24,000 nt of DNA from positions 30,432-54,431 of the forward strand of contig JBJHBJ010000008.1 of assembly GCA_050485425.1 (NCBI GenBank), written 5' to 3'. Source of the stretch: Ectothiorhodospiraceae bacterium. GTDB taxonomy: Bacteria; Pseudomonadota; Gammaproteobacteria; Nitrococcales; Aquisalimonadaceae. The stretch's first letter is position 1; every line of letters begins with the position of its first letter. Position numbers and translations under genes: made by a program. Below are positions 1 to 7,895 of the stretch, piece by piece. Below the pieces are notes generated by a model. The model had not been told where the DNA came from, searched no databases, and worked only from the letters and a program-made list of their open reading frames with translations.

Positions 1-1074
1 GTGCTCCGCGACCTGGGCCTGCTGGACCAGCTGGAACGCCGTTGCGACCGCGTGGACGCGCTGGACGGACGGGCAAGCGGCGGGCGGCGCGTGATGAACG
101 TACGCTACACCGACCTTGCTCCGGACACCTACGCGCTGGGCGTCCACCGCGCCAACCTGCTGCAAGTGCTGCTGACCGCCGCGGCCGGCCTCGACATCCA
201 CTGCGGCTCCGAGGTGGAGCGCGTCCTGCCCACGGGTGATCGTACCGCACTGGTACTGGCGAACGGCGAGCGGCACGAGGGTTTTGACGGTCTGGTCATC
301 GCGAACGGCACGCAATCCCGACTGCGTAGCCAACTGGACATCCCCCAAAGCTCCACGCCCTACCCTTGGGGCGCGCTCTGGTCCATCTGCCCGGCACCGG
401 AGGAACTGCGCCAGCCGATGCTGCAGCAACGCTACGCCGGGGCATCGGTGATGATCGGCATCATGCCCACCGGACGGAATCCCGCCACGGGCGAGCCCTG
501 CGTGAGCTTCTTCTGGAGCCTGAAAACCGCTGATCACGCGCTGTGGAACCGCACCCCGTTCGATGACTGGAAAACAGAGGTGCTGGGACACTGGCCTGAG
601 ATCGAACCGGTGCTCGCATCCATCGGCTCACGGAAACAATTGCTGCTGGCCACATACGCGGACGTGCGCATGCGATGCTGGCATGCGGGCCGCATGGCAG
701 TACTCGGCGACGCCGCCCACGGCATGAGTCCCCAACTCGGCCAGGGAACAAACCTGGCCCTGGTAGATGCCATGGTGCTCGCCAGCTGTCTTAGGAGACA
801 CCCGGACATCCCTTCGGCATTCGCCGCCTACTCGAACCAGCGCCGCCGGCACCTGCGGTTCTACCAGTTCGCCAGCCGCTGGCTGACGCCGCTGTTCCAG
901 TCCGACAGCCGCGTGGCCGCCTGGCTGCGCGACCTCGGTTTCCCCCTGACGCCACGCCTGCGGTTCACCCGGCAGGAGGCGGTGCGCACCGTTGCCGGGC
1001 TGAAGACCGGGCTGGCATTCGACCGGCCACTGATGACACTCGACCGGGAGGAGGCCGTTTCCACCTCGGCCTGA
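1..1074 (+). CDS. FAD-dependent monooxygenase/oxidoreductase (UbiH/salicylate-hydroxylase-like), 5' end probably truncated by the window edge
   Basis: The ORF runs from position 1 to a stop at 1072-1074. The C-terminal FAD-binding fingerprint GDAAHGMSPQLGQGTNLALVDAMVLA is typical of class A flavoprotein monooxygenases. No N-terminal GxGxxG motif is visible, so the true start probably lies upstream of the window. Confidence 0.8.
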   Translation: MLRDLGLLDQLERRCDRVDALDGRASGGRRVMNVRYTDLAPDTYALGVHRANLLQVLLTAAAGLDIHCGSEVERVLPTGDRTALVLANGERHEGFDGLVIANGTQSRLRSQLDIPQSSTPYPWGALWSICPAPEELRQPMLQQRYAGASVMIGIMPTGRNPATGEPCVSFFWSLKTADHALWNRTPFDDWKTEVLGHWPEIEPVLASIGSRKQLLLATYADVRMRCWHAGRMAVLGDAAHGMSPQLGQGTNLALVDAMVLASCLRRHPDIPSAFAAYSNQRRRHLRFYQFASRWLTPLFQSDSRVAAWLRDLGFPLTPRLRFTRQEAVRTVAGLKTGLAFDRPLMTLDREEAVSTSA

Positions 1075-1127
1075 CACCGTACATGGTCTATGGTGAGAAG
1101 AGGCCAGCATCGGGGAGGGACCGAACG

Positions 1128-2279
1128 ATGCGTTTGTGGATGATCCCGTGCACTGCACTGTTGCTCGGCGGTTGCTTCAGCGACGGCGACGGTGTCGACG
1201 ACGGGCCGAGCGGCTTCGACGTGGAGCTGGTCGCCGAAGGCCTGGAACACCCATGGGGGCTCGCCTTCCTGCCGGACGACGAAACCCTCGCGCTGGTGAC
1301 GGAACGGCCGGGGCGGTTATTGCTGGTCAACCTCGACGACGGCACCACCGAGGCCATCGACGGCGTCCCCCCGGTGGCGGACGCAGGCCAGGGCGGTCTT
1401 CTGGACGTCGCCCTGCACCCCGACTATCCCAATTACCGCTGGGTCTACCTTACCTATGCCGCGGCGGGGGACGGCGGCTACGCCACGCACGTGGGCCGCG
1501 GGGAACTCGACCTGGCCGACCTGACGCTGCAGAACTTCGAGGTGCTCTACGTGGCCACGCCGTTCACGACCAACACCGGGCATTTCGGCTCCCGCATGGT
1601 CTTCGACACCAGCGGCCTGCTTTACGTCACCGTGGGCGACAGGCGCGAACGGGACGCCGCGCAGGACCTGGAAAGCCACTTCGGCAAGACGCTGCGGCTG
1701 GAGCCGGACGGCGACATACCGCCCGGCAACCCCTTCGTCGATGACGACCAGGCGCTGGACGCCATCTACAGTTACGGCCACCGCAACGCCCAGGGCATGG
1801 CGGTACATCCGGAAACCACCCGCATCTGGCTGAACGAGCACGGCCAGCAGGCCGGTGACGAGGTGAACATCCTGGAGGAAGGCGGCAACTTCGGCTGGCC
1901 GATCGCCACCTACGGCCGGGAGTACGGCAGCGGCGAGCCCATCGGCGACCTGCCGCCGGACAACCCCGACACCGTCAACCCCATTCACTACTGGGAAGAC
2001 GAAGCCTTCCCACCATCAGGCATGGCCTTCTATTTTGAGGACACGTTCCCGACCTGGCACGGCAGTGTGTTCATCGGCGGACTCGGCCGCCAGTACCTGG
2101 CGCGGTTCCCTCTGAACGGCCAGGGGCTCGGCAATGAAGAACGTCTGCTTGAAGGCCGCGACTGGCGCATCCGTGACGTGCGGGTCGGCCCGCATGATGG
2201 CTATGTCTACGTGCTGGTGGATTCCGGAAACGCGCCCCTGGCACGACTGGTGCCGTCGGAAGAAGACGGCGAGGAGTAG
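1128..2279 (+). CDS. PQQ-dependent sugar (aldose/sorbosone) dehydrogenase, YliI-like, predicted lipoprotein
   Basis: I moved the start to ATG 1128, which is preceded by GGGGAGGGA at 1112-1120. The N-terminus MRLWMIPCTALLLGGC has a lipobox-like LLGGC. Motifs such as GHRNAQG and GGNFGWP are typical of soluble PQQ glucose/sorbosone dehydrogenases. Confidence 0.85.
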   Translation: MRLWMIPCTALLLGGCFSDGDGVDDGPSGFDVELVAEGLEHPWGLAFLPDDETLALVTERPGRLLLVNLDDGTTEAIDGVPPVADAGQGGLLDVALHPDYPNYRWVYLTYAAAGDGGYATHVGRGELDLADLTLQNFEVLYVATPFTTNTGHFGSRMVFDTSGLLYVTVGDRRERDAAQDLESHFGKTLRLEPDGDIPPGNPFVDDDQALDAIYSYGHRNAQGMAVHPETTRIWLNEHGQQAGDEVNILEEGGNFGWPIATYGREYGSGEPIGDLPPDNPDTVNPIHYWEDEAFPPSGMAFYFEDTFPTWHGSVFIGGLGRQYLARFPLNGQGLGNEERLLEGRDWRIRDVRVGPHDGYVYVLVDSGNAPLARLVPSEEDGEE

Positions 2280-2288
2280 GCGCCGGCG

Positions 2289-2900
2289 ATGACGAGGCTC
2301 CCATATCTCCTGGCCACAAGGCGATTCGCCGGTACAGTGGCGGGACTGGTACTGCTGGCGGCACTGGCGGCATGCTCAGAGGCGCGCCAGTGGCAAACCA
2401 GCACCCTGGACAAGGGCTTTCCCGAGCTGTCCCTGGAACTGACCACGCACGACGGGGCCACCCTGACCGAGGGCAAGCTGCGTGGAGGCATCACCCTGCT
2501 GTTCTTCGGCTACACGTCCTGCCCGGACGCATGCCCGGCCACGATGACCACACTGCGCGCGGCGCTCGGCGAGTTGCCGGCGGATCAGCAGGCGCAGGTC
2601 ACCGTCGTGTTCGTCAGTGTCGATCCGGAGCGGGATACCCCCCAACGCCTTGCGGCCTACGCCAGCTACTTCGGTCCCCGGTTCACCGGCGCCACCGCGG
2701 ACATCCCGCGCCTGCGGCAACTGGCCAGTCGCTACGGCACCACGTTCGACTACGGACCGGGCTACGGCGGCGACTACTATGTGGTCAGCCACGGCAGCAA
2801 CGTGCTTGCCTTCGACCGGGACGGCCGGGCACGGCTGCTGATCCGGCCCCACGACAGCATCGAGGCCATCGTTCATGACCTCCGCCGACTTCTCTCCTGA
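2289..2900 (+). CDS. SCO1/SenC family copper chaperone (thioredoxin fold)
   Basis: The protein has the signature FFGYTSCPDACP (CxxxC) and a downstream conserved His region (VSHGSNV). The N-terminal signal or lipoprotein-like segment is LLAALAAC. It starts 9 nt after the dehydrogenase stop. Confidence 0.85.
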   Translation: MTRLPYLLATRRFAGTVAGLVLLAALAACSEARQWQTSTLDKGFPELSLELTTHDGATLTEGKLRGGITLLFFGYTSCPDACPATMTTLRAALGELPADQQAQVTVVFVSVDPERDTPQRLAAYASYFGPRFTGATADIPRLRQLASRYGTTFDYGPGYGGDYYVVSHGSNVLAFDRDGRARLLIRPHDSIEAIVHDLRRLLS

Positions 2901-3252
2901 CCTGCTGACTTATCTCCGGCGTGCCGGCGCCGCGCTGGGCGTTACCCTCGTCCTGGCAATCGCCTATGCCGTCCCCGTCAGCCTGGTGCTGCGGGAGGCC
3001 GCTTTCCTGGCCGACCCCGGCGACCGGCTGGTGGTCATCTTCCCGCCCGGCACGCCGACCGGCACGGCGGTGGAACGGCTCGGCGCAGCCGGCTCGGTCT
3101 TCTCCGGTACGACGAGGCTGCCGCAGGTGTACCGGGCCGATGTTCTCGACCCGCAGGCCGCCCGGCGGCTGGCCGAGCGCGCCTGGGTCATACGGATACC
3201 GGCGCAGCCGACGCTGAGCAGTTGTTTCGGCCTGGTTACCGGGGAGCGTTGA
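2875..3252 (+). CDS. hypothetical protein with one N-terminal TM segment
   Basis: A 125-aa ORF with GC3-rich codon usage. The ATG overlaps the SCO gene 3' end by 26 nt. The hydrophobic stretch GAALGVTLVLAIAYAVPVSLVL suggests a membrane anchor. I recognise no family. The Shine-Dalgarno sequence is weak. Confidence 0.45.
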   Translation: MTSADFSPDLLTYLRRAGAALGVTLVLAIAYAVPVSLVLREAAFLADPGDRLVVIFPPGTPTGTAVERLGAAGSVFSGTTRLPQVYRADVLDPQAARRLAERAWVIRIPAQPTLSSCFGLVTGER

Positions 3253-3256
3253 TGCG

Positions 3257-3628
3257 ATGACGACAGGCACCGAGACCGCCCTGACGCCCGCCAGCCTGCC
3301 CCCGGAATTCGCCGCCGGCGGCGCACTCGCCGGCACCATGCTACTGATGGTGGGCTTTCTGGCGGGATCGCTGTCCGTCGGCGTGGCCGGTCTGACGGTG
3401 ATCGGCCTGGCGGCAGGACTCCACGGTTCCGTCCGCCACAGATTGCTGGTGGCCGCAGCGGTCTGGGCAGTGGCGACCGCCCTGGCCGTTGCCGGCACGC
3501 TGTTCGGCCCACAGGTGTTCGAAATAGCCGCCCCGGTCGTGTTCGGCCTGCTGTTCGTGGCACTGGGCCAGGCTCTCGGCCTGCTGGCGGGAATTTTCAT
3601 TCAACGCCCGATCCAGCAGGGTCGCTGA
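3257..3628 (+). CDS. hypothetical small integral membrane protein (about 4 TM segments)
   Basis: A 123-aa ORF that starts 4 nt after the previous stop. It has GC3-rich codons and consists almost entirely of Gly/Ala/Leu/Val hydrophobic stretches. I recognise no family. Confidence 0.5.
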   Translation: MTTGTETALTPASLPPEFAAGGALAGTMLLMVGFLAGSLSVGVAGLTVIGLAAGLHGSVRHRLLVAAAVWAVATALAVAGTLFGPQVFEIAAPVVFGLLFVALGQALGLLAGIFIQRPIQQGR

Positions 3629-3647
3629 CCTTTTCGTAAGCAGTGCG

Positions 3648-5057
3648 TCAGCCGTTCGCGGCATGATCCGCCAGCACCATGGCCATGGCACCCGTCAGTC
3701 GCCGCGCGGTGGCCAGGTGCAGGAATTCATTGGGACCGTGGGCATTGGAGTGCGGACCCAGCACGCCGGTGATGACGAACTGGGCGTTCGGGAAGGCATC
3801 GCCCAGCATGGCCATGAACGGGATGGTGCCGCCCTCCCCCATGCTCATGGCCTGCGCACCGAAGCACTGCCGGGAGGCCCGGTCCAGGCTTTGCGTCAGC
3901 CAGTCGGCCAGCGGCGGCGCATGCCAGCCGCTGGAGGCCTGATCGGGCCGGAAACTGATCCGCGCACCATAAGGCGGGTCGGATTCCAGCAGGTTCTGCA
4001 AGGCGGCCGTGGCCTGTTCCGCATCCACGGTGGGTGGCAGCCGCAGCGACAGCTTCAGCGCCGTTCCGGGCCGGAGCACATTGCCCGCCTGGTCCAACGC
4101 CGGCAGACCTGCTGCACCGGTCACCTCCAGCATCGGCCGCCAGGTGCGGTTCAGGATCAGCTCCGCCAGTTCGGCGGACACCGGCCGGGCGCCTTCCACG
4201 AAGGGGAAACGGCGGTACAGCGTCTCCCCCAGCACCCCGGCGGCGGCCTCGGCCTGTTCCCGGCGCACTTGGGGAATATCGGCATGGAAGTCTGCTGGGC
4301 GTATCGCACCGCTGGAACCGTCTTCCAGTCGCGCCAGCAGCTCCCGCTGGATGCGGAAACTCGACGGCACGATGCCGCTGGCATCGCCGGAATGCACCCC
4401 TTCTTCCAGGATGTCCACACTGAGCACGCCGCTGGCGATGCCCCTGAGCGAGGTGGTACACCAGAGCTGCTCGTAGTTGCCGCAGCCGGAGTCCAGGCAG
4501 ATCACCAGATCCGGCTCGCCGATGCGGTGCGACAGGTGGTCGATATAGGCCGGCAGGTCATAGCTGCCGCTTTCCTCACAGGTCTCGATCAGAATCACGC
4601 AACGGGCATGCGGGACGCCCTGCTCCCGCAACGCCAGCACGGCGGTCAGCGAGGCGAAGACGGCATAGCCGTCGTCCGCACCGCCGCGACCGTAGAGCTT
4701 GCCGTCCTTCATCACCGGCTTCCACGGGCCCAGCCCCTCCGCCCAACCGGTCATCTCCGGCTGCTTGTCCAGATGACCATAGAGCAACACGGTGCCATCC
4801 GCCTGGCCGGGAATCTCGATGAGCAGTACCGGCGTGCGCCCGGGCAGGCGGACCACCTGCAGGTCCATGTCCGCATCGAGCTGCCGGCGGCACCAGGCCT
4901 CGGCCTGCTGCACGGCCTCCTCGATGTAGCCGTGCGCCTCCCAGTCCGCATCGAAGTGCGGGGACTTGGCCGGGATGCGTATGTACCGTTCCAGTTCCGG
5001 GACGATATCGGTTTCCCAACTGGTGTCTACGCGCGTCTGCAGTTGATTCAGGTCCAT
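3648..5057 (-). CDS. M20 family metallopeptidase/dipeptidase
   Basis: I trimmed the start to the ATG at 5057 (MDLNQLQTRV...). The 55 upstream in-frame codons look non-coding. Metal-site motifs LLYGHLDKQP and YGRGGADDGY are typical of the M20 (ArgE/DapE/CPG2) clan. Confidence 0.85.
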   Translation of the reverse strand: MDLNQLQTRVDTSWETDIVPELERYIRIPAKSPHFDADWEAHGYIEEAVQQAEAWCRRQLDADMDLQVVRLPGRTPVLLIEIPGQADGTVLLYGHLDKQPEMTGWAEGLGPWKPVMKDGKLYGRGGADDGYAVFASLTAVLALREQGVPHARCVILIETCEESGSYDLPAYIDHLSHRIGEPDLVICLDSGCGNYEQLWCTTSLRGIASGVLSVDILEEGVHSGDASGIVPSSFRIQRELLARLEDGSSGAIRPADFHADIPQVRREQAEAAAGVLGETLYRRFPFVEGARPVSAELAELILNRTWRPMLEVTGAAGLPALDQAGNVLRPGTALKLSLRLPPTVDAEQATAALQNLLESDPPYGARISFRPDQASSGWHAPPLADWLTQSLDRASRQCFGAQAMSMGEGGTIPFMAMLGDAFPNAQFVITGVLGPHSNAHGPNEFLHLATARRLTGAMAMVLADHAANG

Positions 5058-5109
5058 GGGGATGTCCGTCCAGCAGCTGTATGAAATGCCCGGATATGGC
5101 CAGCACTGA

Positions 5110-5901
5110 TCAGTCGCGCAGCCGCCCCTCCAGCACGGTAACCGCCCGGCCACCGAGTACGACGCGATCACCGCTGATTTCCATGGCCACCAGACCACCG
5201 CGTCTGGACGCCTGGAAGCCACGCAGACTGGTCCGGCCCAGGCGCTCTGCCCAGTGCGGTGCCAGGCAGCAATGGGCGGAGCCGGTCACCGGGTCCTCGG
5301 GCACCCCCATGGCCGGCGCGAAGAAACGCGAGACGAAATCGTACTCCGGGCCCGCGGCCGGCGCGGTGGCGATGACGCCGCCGACGTCCACCCCGGCCAG
5401 CAGGGCCTGGTCGGGGGCAAGCGCACGCAGTCTGGCTTCGGATTCCAGCACATAGAGAACCTTGTGCCGTCCCCGACCCACCCACGACGGGGCCGCGCCC
5501 ATGGCCTCTTCCAGGCCTGCCGGAAGCGGGATCTCTGCCGGCGGATCGGCGGGGAAATCCATGGCAATCCCGTCGCCTTCACGGCTGGTGGTCAGCAGGC
5601 CGCTGCGGGTATGGAACTGCAGGGTCTCGGCAGTCACGCCGCGCTCGTTCCACAGAACGTGCGCAGAAGCCAGCGTGGCGTGACCGCAGAGATCCACTTC
5701 CACGGTGGGCGTGAACCAGCGCAGATCCCAGTGATTGTCTTCCTGCGGTGCGAGAAAAGCGGTTTCGGAAAGGTTCATTTCCGCGGCGACCTGCTGCATC
5801 CAGGCGGCATCCGCCGAGGATTCCAGCAGACAGACCGCGGCCGGATTGCCGCGAAACGGCGCGTCAGTGAATGCATCGACGATGTACAGCGGCGTGCTCA
5901 T
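5110..5901 (-). CDS. PhzF family isomerase (phenazine biosynthesis-like protein)
   Basis: I set the start at ATG 5901 (MSTPLYIVDAFTDAPFRGNPAAV...), which is the canonical PhzF/YddE N-terminus. The length of about 263 aa fits the family. Confidence 0.85.
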   Translation of the reverse strand: MSTPLYIVDAFTDAPFRGNPAAVCLLESSADAAWMQQVAAEMNLSETAFLAPQEDNHWDLRWFTPTVEVDLCGHATLASAHVLWNERGVTAETLQFHTRSGLLTTSREGDGIAMDFPADPPAEIPLPAGLEEAMGAAPSWVGRGRHKVLYVLESEARLRALAPDQALLAGVDVGGVIATAPAAGPEYDFVSRFFAPAMGVPEDPVTGSAHCCLAPHWAERLGRTSLRGFQASRRGGLVAMEISGDRVVLGGRAVTVLEGRLRD

Positions 5902-5912
5902 GGCATGATTCC

Positions 5913-6398
5913 TTAAAGACTCCCCACAACCACCACCCGCGGCTCGCACTTCACCGGAAAGCAGACGGAATTCGCGATGAAACAGCGGGCATGCGCGCGT
6001 TCGTGCAACGCGTCGGCCAGATCCGGATCGCTGTTTGCGTCCACCGTTACCAGAGGCCGGAGTACAACCTCGGTGAAATGGCCCCCGCCGCCGGCAGTGA
6101 CGGTCATGGAACCGACGGCGTCATCGGAGTAGGCCTGCACGCGAATTCCGGCCTCGCTGGCCAGGTGCAGGTACCAGAGCATGTGACAGGCGGACAGCGA
6201 AGCCACCAGGAGGTCCTCGGGGTTATGCCTGTTGGCGTCGCCCAGGAACGCGGGGTCTGCAGACCCCTTGATCGCCGGCCGGCCTTCGACGATGACGTCG
6301 TAATCCCGGCCGTAGGCCTTGTAATGACTAGTCCCGGAGCCGCGATTCCCAGTCCAGGCAACACGGGTCCGATAGGTGTGTTCAGCGCCCTCGCTCAT
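5913..6398 (-). CDS. OsmC family peroxiredoxin-like protein
   Basis: A 161-aa protein. The two conserved Cys contexts (ASLSACHMLWYL and ERAHARCFIANSV) match the OsmC/Ohr fold. Its stop lies 11 nt upstream of the PhzF start, so co-transcription is likely. Confidence 0.85.
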   Translation of the reverse strand: MSEGAEHTYRTRVAWTGNRGSGTSHYKAYGRDYDVIVEGRPAIKGSADPAFLGDANRHNPEDLLVASLSACHMLWYLHLASEAGIRVQAYSDDAVGSMTVTAGGGGHFTEVVLRPLVTVDANSDPDLADALHERAHARCFIANSVCFPVKCEPRVVVVGSL

Positions 6399-6458
6399 GG
6401 TGTGTCATCCCCTTCTGCCTCGGGCAGTGTATGCTGCATCCCGCACCCGTTTCACCCC

Positions 6459-6487
6459 CTTGAAACCATTCCGGCCGACCCTATTTT
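6459..6487 (+). promoter_or_regulatory. sigma32 (RpoH)-type heat-shock promoter upstream of the Hsp20 operon
   Basis: CCCCCTTGAAA ends at 6465. A 13-nt spacer follows, then CCCTATTTT at 6479-6487. This compares well with the E. coli sigma32 consensus CNCCCTTGAA-N13-17-CCCCATNTA. The site lies about 60 nt upstream of the Hsp20 ATG. Confidence 0.55.
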
Positions 6488-6549
6488 CGCTAATGATCCA
6501 GAGGCAACAGCGGCCGCGAAACGGCCACAATCGTTAGAGGAGGTGCAAC

Positions 6550-7002
6550 ATGTTCAGCCGGTTGTCTCCATTCAACTCACCGTTGTTCAGTGATTTTGAC
6601 CGGTTGTTCCGGTTCATGGACGAAGCCATGAGTGATCTGGGCTTCGACGATATCCGTTCAGCTCCGCGGGGCGCCTTCCCGGCGATCAACGTGGGCGAAA
6701 CCGAAGACACCGTCCACCTGTACGCCTTTGCGCCCGGCGTGGCAAATGATGACATCGAACTCAATGTGGAAGACGGGATGCTGTTCATCCGCGGGCGCCG
6801 TTCGCTGGATGACGAGTCGGCCGAGGGCCGCACCTACTATCGTCGTGAGCGCTTCGGTGGCGAATTCACCCGCGCGGTGCGGCTGCCCGACTACGTCAAC
6901 CCCGAAAATGTAGAGGCCAGCCTGCACAACGGCGTGCTGACGGTGCGCCTGCGCAAGCGCGAGGAATCCCGTCCCCGGAAGATCGAGATCAAGGCCGCTT
7001 AA
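6550..7002 (+). CDS. Hsp20/alpha-crystallin family small heat-shock protein (copy 1)
   Basis: A 150-aa protein preceded by the RBS GAGGAGG at 6537-6543. The alpha-crystallin domain includes GVLTVRLRK and a C-terminal IEIKAA (IxI-like) tail. Confidence 0.9.
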   Translation: MFSRLSPFNSPLFSDFDRLFRFMDEAMSDLGFDDIRSAPRGAFPAINVGETEDTVHLYAFAPGVANDDIELNVEDGMLFIRGRRSLDDESAEGRTYYRRERFGGEFTRAVRLPDYVNPENVEASLHNGVLTVRLRKREESRPRKIEIKAA

Positions 7003-7022
7003 CCGGCCGGGAGGTAACAGCC

Positions 7023-7454
7023 ATGGTCGACAGGAATGAAGATCGCAAGACGTCGATGAGCACCGCCGAGGAGCGGAACCTGGAGCAGCGGCAGCAGGGT
7101 CGGCAGCTTGCCGAAACGGCGCCGCGCGACCTGGTGCCGCCGGTGGAAATCTTCGAGGACGGCGATGCCGTCTACGTCGTGGCGGACATGCCCGGCGTCA
7201 GCCCGGAGAACCTGAACGTGGAAGTGGCCAACCAGATGCTGGAGATCACCGGCAACATCACGGTGGAAATGCCGGACGGCGTCACCGCCACGTTCGCGGA
7301 GATCCGCGGCAGCCGCTACCGCCGCCAGTTCACGCTGGGTCGGGAACTGGACCACGACGGCATCGAGGCCACCATCCGGGCCGGCGTGCTGCAGGTGCGC
7401 CTGCCGAAGGCCGAATCCCGTCGCCGTCGGCGGATCGAGATCAAGGCCGCCTGA
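7023..7454 (+). CDS. Hsp20/alpha-crystallin family small heat-shock protein (copy 2)
   Basis: A 143-aa protein preceded by the RBS GGGAGG. The alpha-crystallin domain includes AGVLQVRLPK and the same C-terminal IEIKAA tail as copy 1. It starts 20 nt downstream of copy 1. Confidence 0.9.
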   Translation: MVDRNEDRKTSMSTAEERNLEQRQQGRQLAETAPRDLVPPVEIFEDGDAVYVVADMPGVSPENLNVEVANQMLEITGNITVEMPDGVTATFAEIRGSRYRRQFTLGRELDHDGIEATIRAGVLQVRLPKAESRRRRRIEIKAA

Positions 7455-7481
7455 GTCCGGCAACGCCGGCCTCCAGTCTCA

Positions 7482-7510
7482 CCCCCCGCCTGCGCGGGGG
7501 GTTGTCTTTT
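7482..7510 (+). terminator. rho-independent terminator of the Hsp20 operon
   Basis: There is a perfect 8-bp GC stem, CCCCCCGC (7482-7489) with GCGGGGGG (7494-7501). The loop is CTGC. TTGTCTTTT follows the stem. Confidence 0.7.
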
Positions 7511-7535
7511 CGGAACGCTTTGCGGACCGCCGGGC

Positions 7536-7767
7536 TTGGTGGATATCGGCTTCGCCTCCATCCACCCTACGCAGCATCGGAACCCGCGTAGGGTGCTCAG
7601 AGCCGGAGGCGATGCGCACCGACCACGCCAATAGTAGGGTGTGCACCACAACGTGGTGCGCACCATTGCCCACCACGGCCCGGTGCGCAGGCCTTGCGGC
7701 CTGGACACCCTACGCGGGTTCTCATCAAGGAATTCTGGTGGATGGAGGCGAAGCCGATATCCACCAA
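7536..7767. repeat. composite REP/MITE-like structured repeat, copy 1, bounded by 31-bp perfect inverted repeats
   Basis: The segment 7536-7566 (TTGGTGGATATCGGCTTCGCCTCCATCCACC) is the exact reverse complement of 7737-7767. The interior has a CCCTACGC-N13-GCGTAGGG hairpin at 7565-7593. It also has a 44-nt unit A at 7586-7629 and a 93-nt unit B at 7634-7726. Both units recur at 14464-14664. Confidence 0.85.
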
Positions 7768-7895
7768 TCCGGCCAACGGCCGAACGTTCGCTTGACCACC
7801 TGGACGGTATCCGCACCTGCAGAAACCGGCAACATCAACTATGCCTACCAGGGAAGCGCTGAAGTATTCACGCTGCCGCGTCAGCAGGCCAGGCC

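Noticed and set aside
3663-5084. A 473-aa plus-strand ORF opposite the M20 peptidase. Similar long antisense ORFs lie at 15887-16768, 19047-20201, 15025-15870, 13054-13755 and 2785-3600.
   Set aside because: In each case the opposite strand encodes a protein with clear family motifs. These ORFs are Arg/Gly/His/Pro-rich shadow frames.
6488-6549. A ROSE-like or fourU RNA thermometer in the Hsp20 5' UTR
   Set aside because: The UTR has one small hairpin (GGCCG-CGAAA-CGGCC). I found no U-rich or CCUC anti-SD stretch able to pair with the GAGGAGG Shine-Dalgarno sequence.
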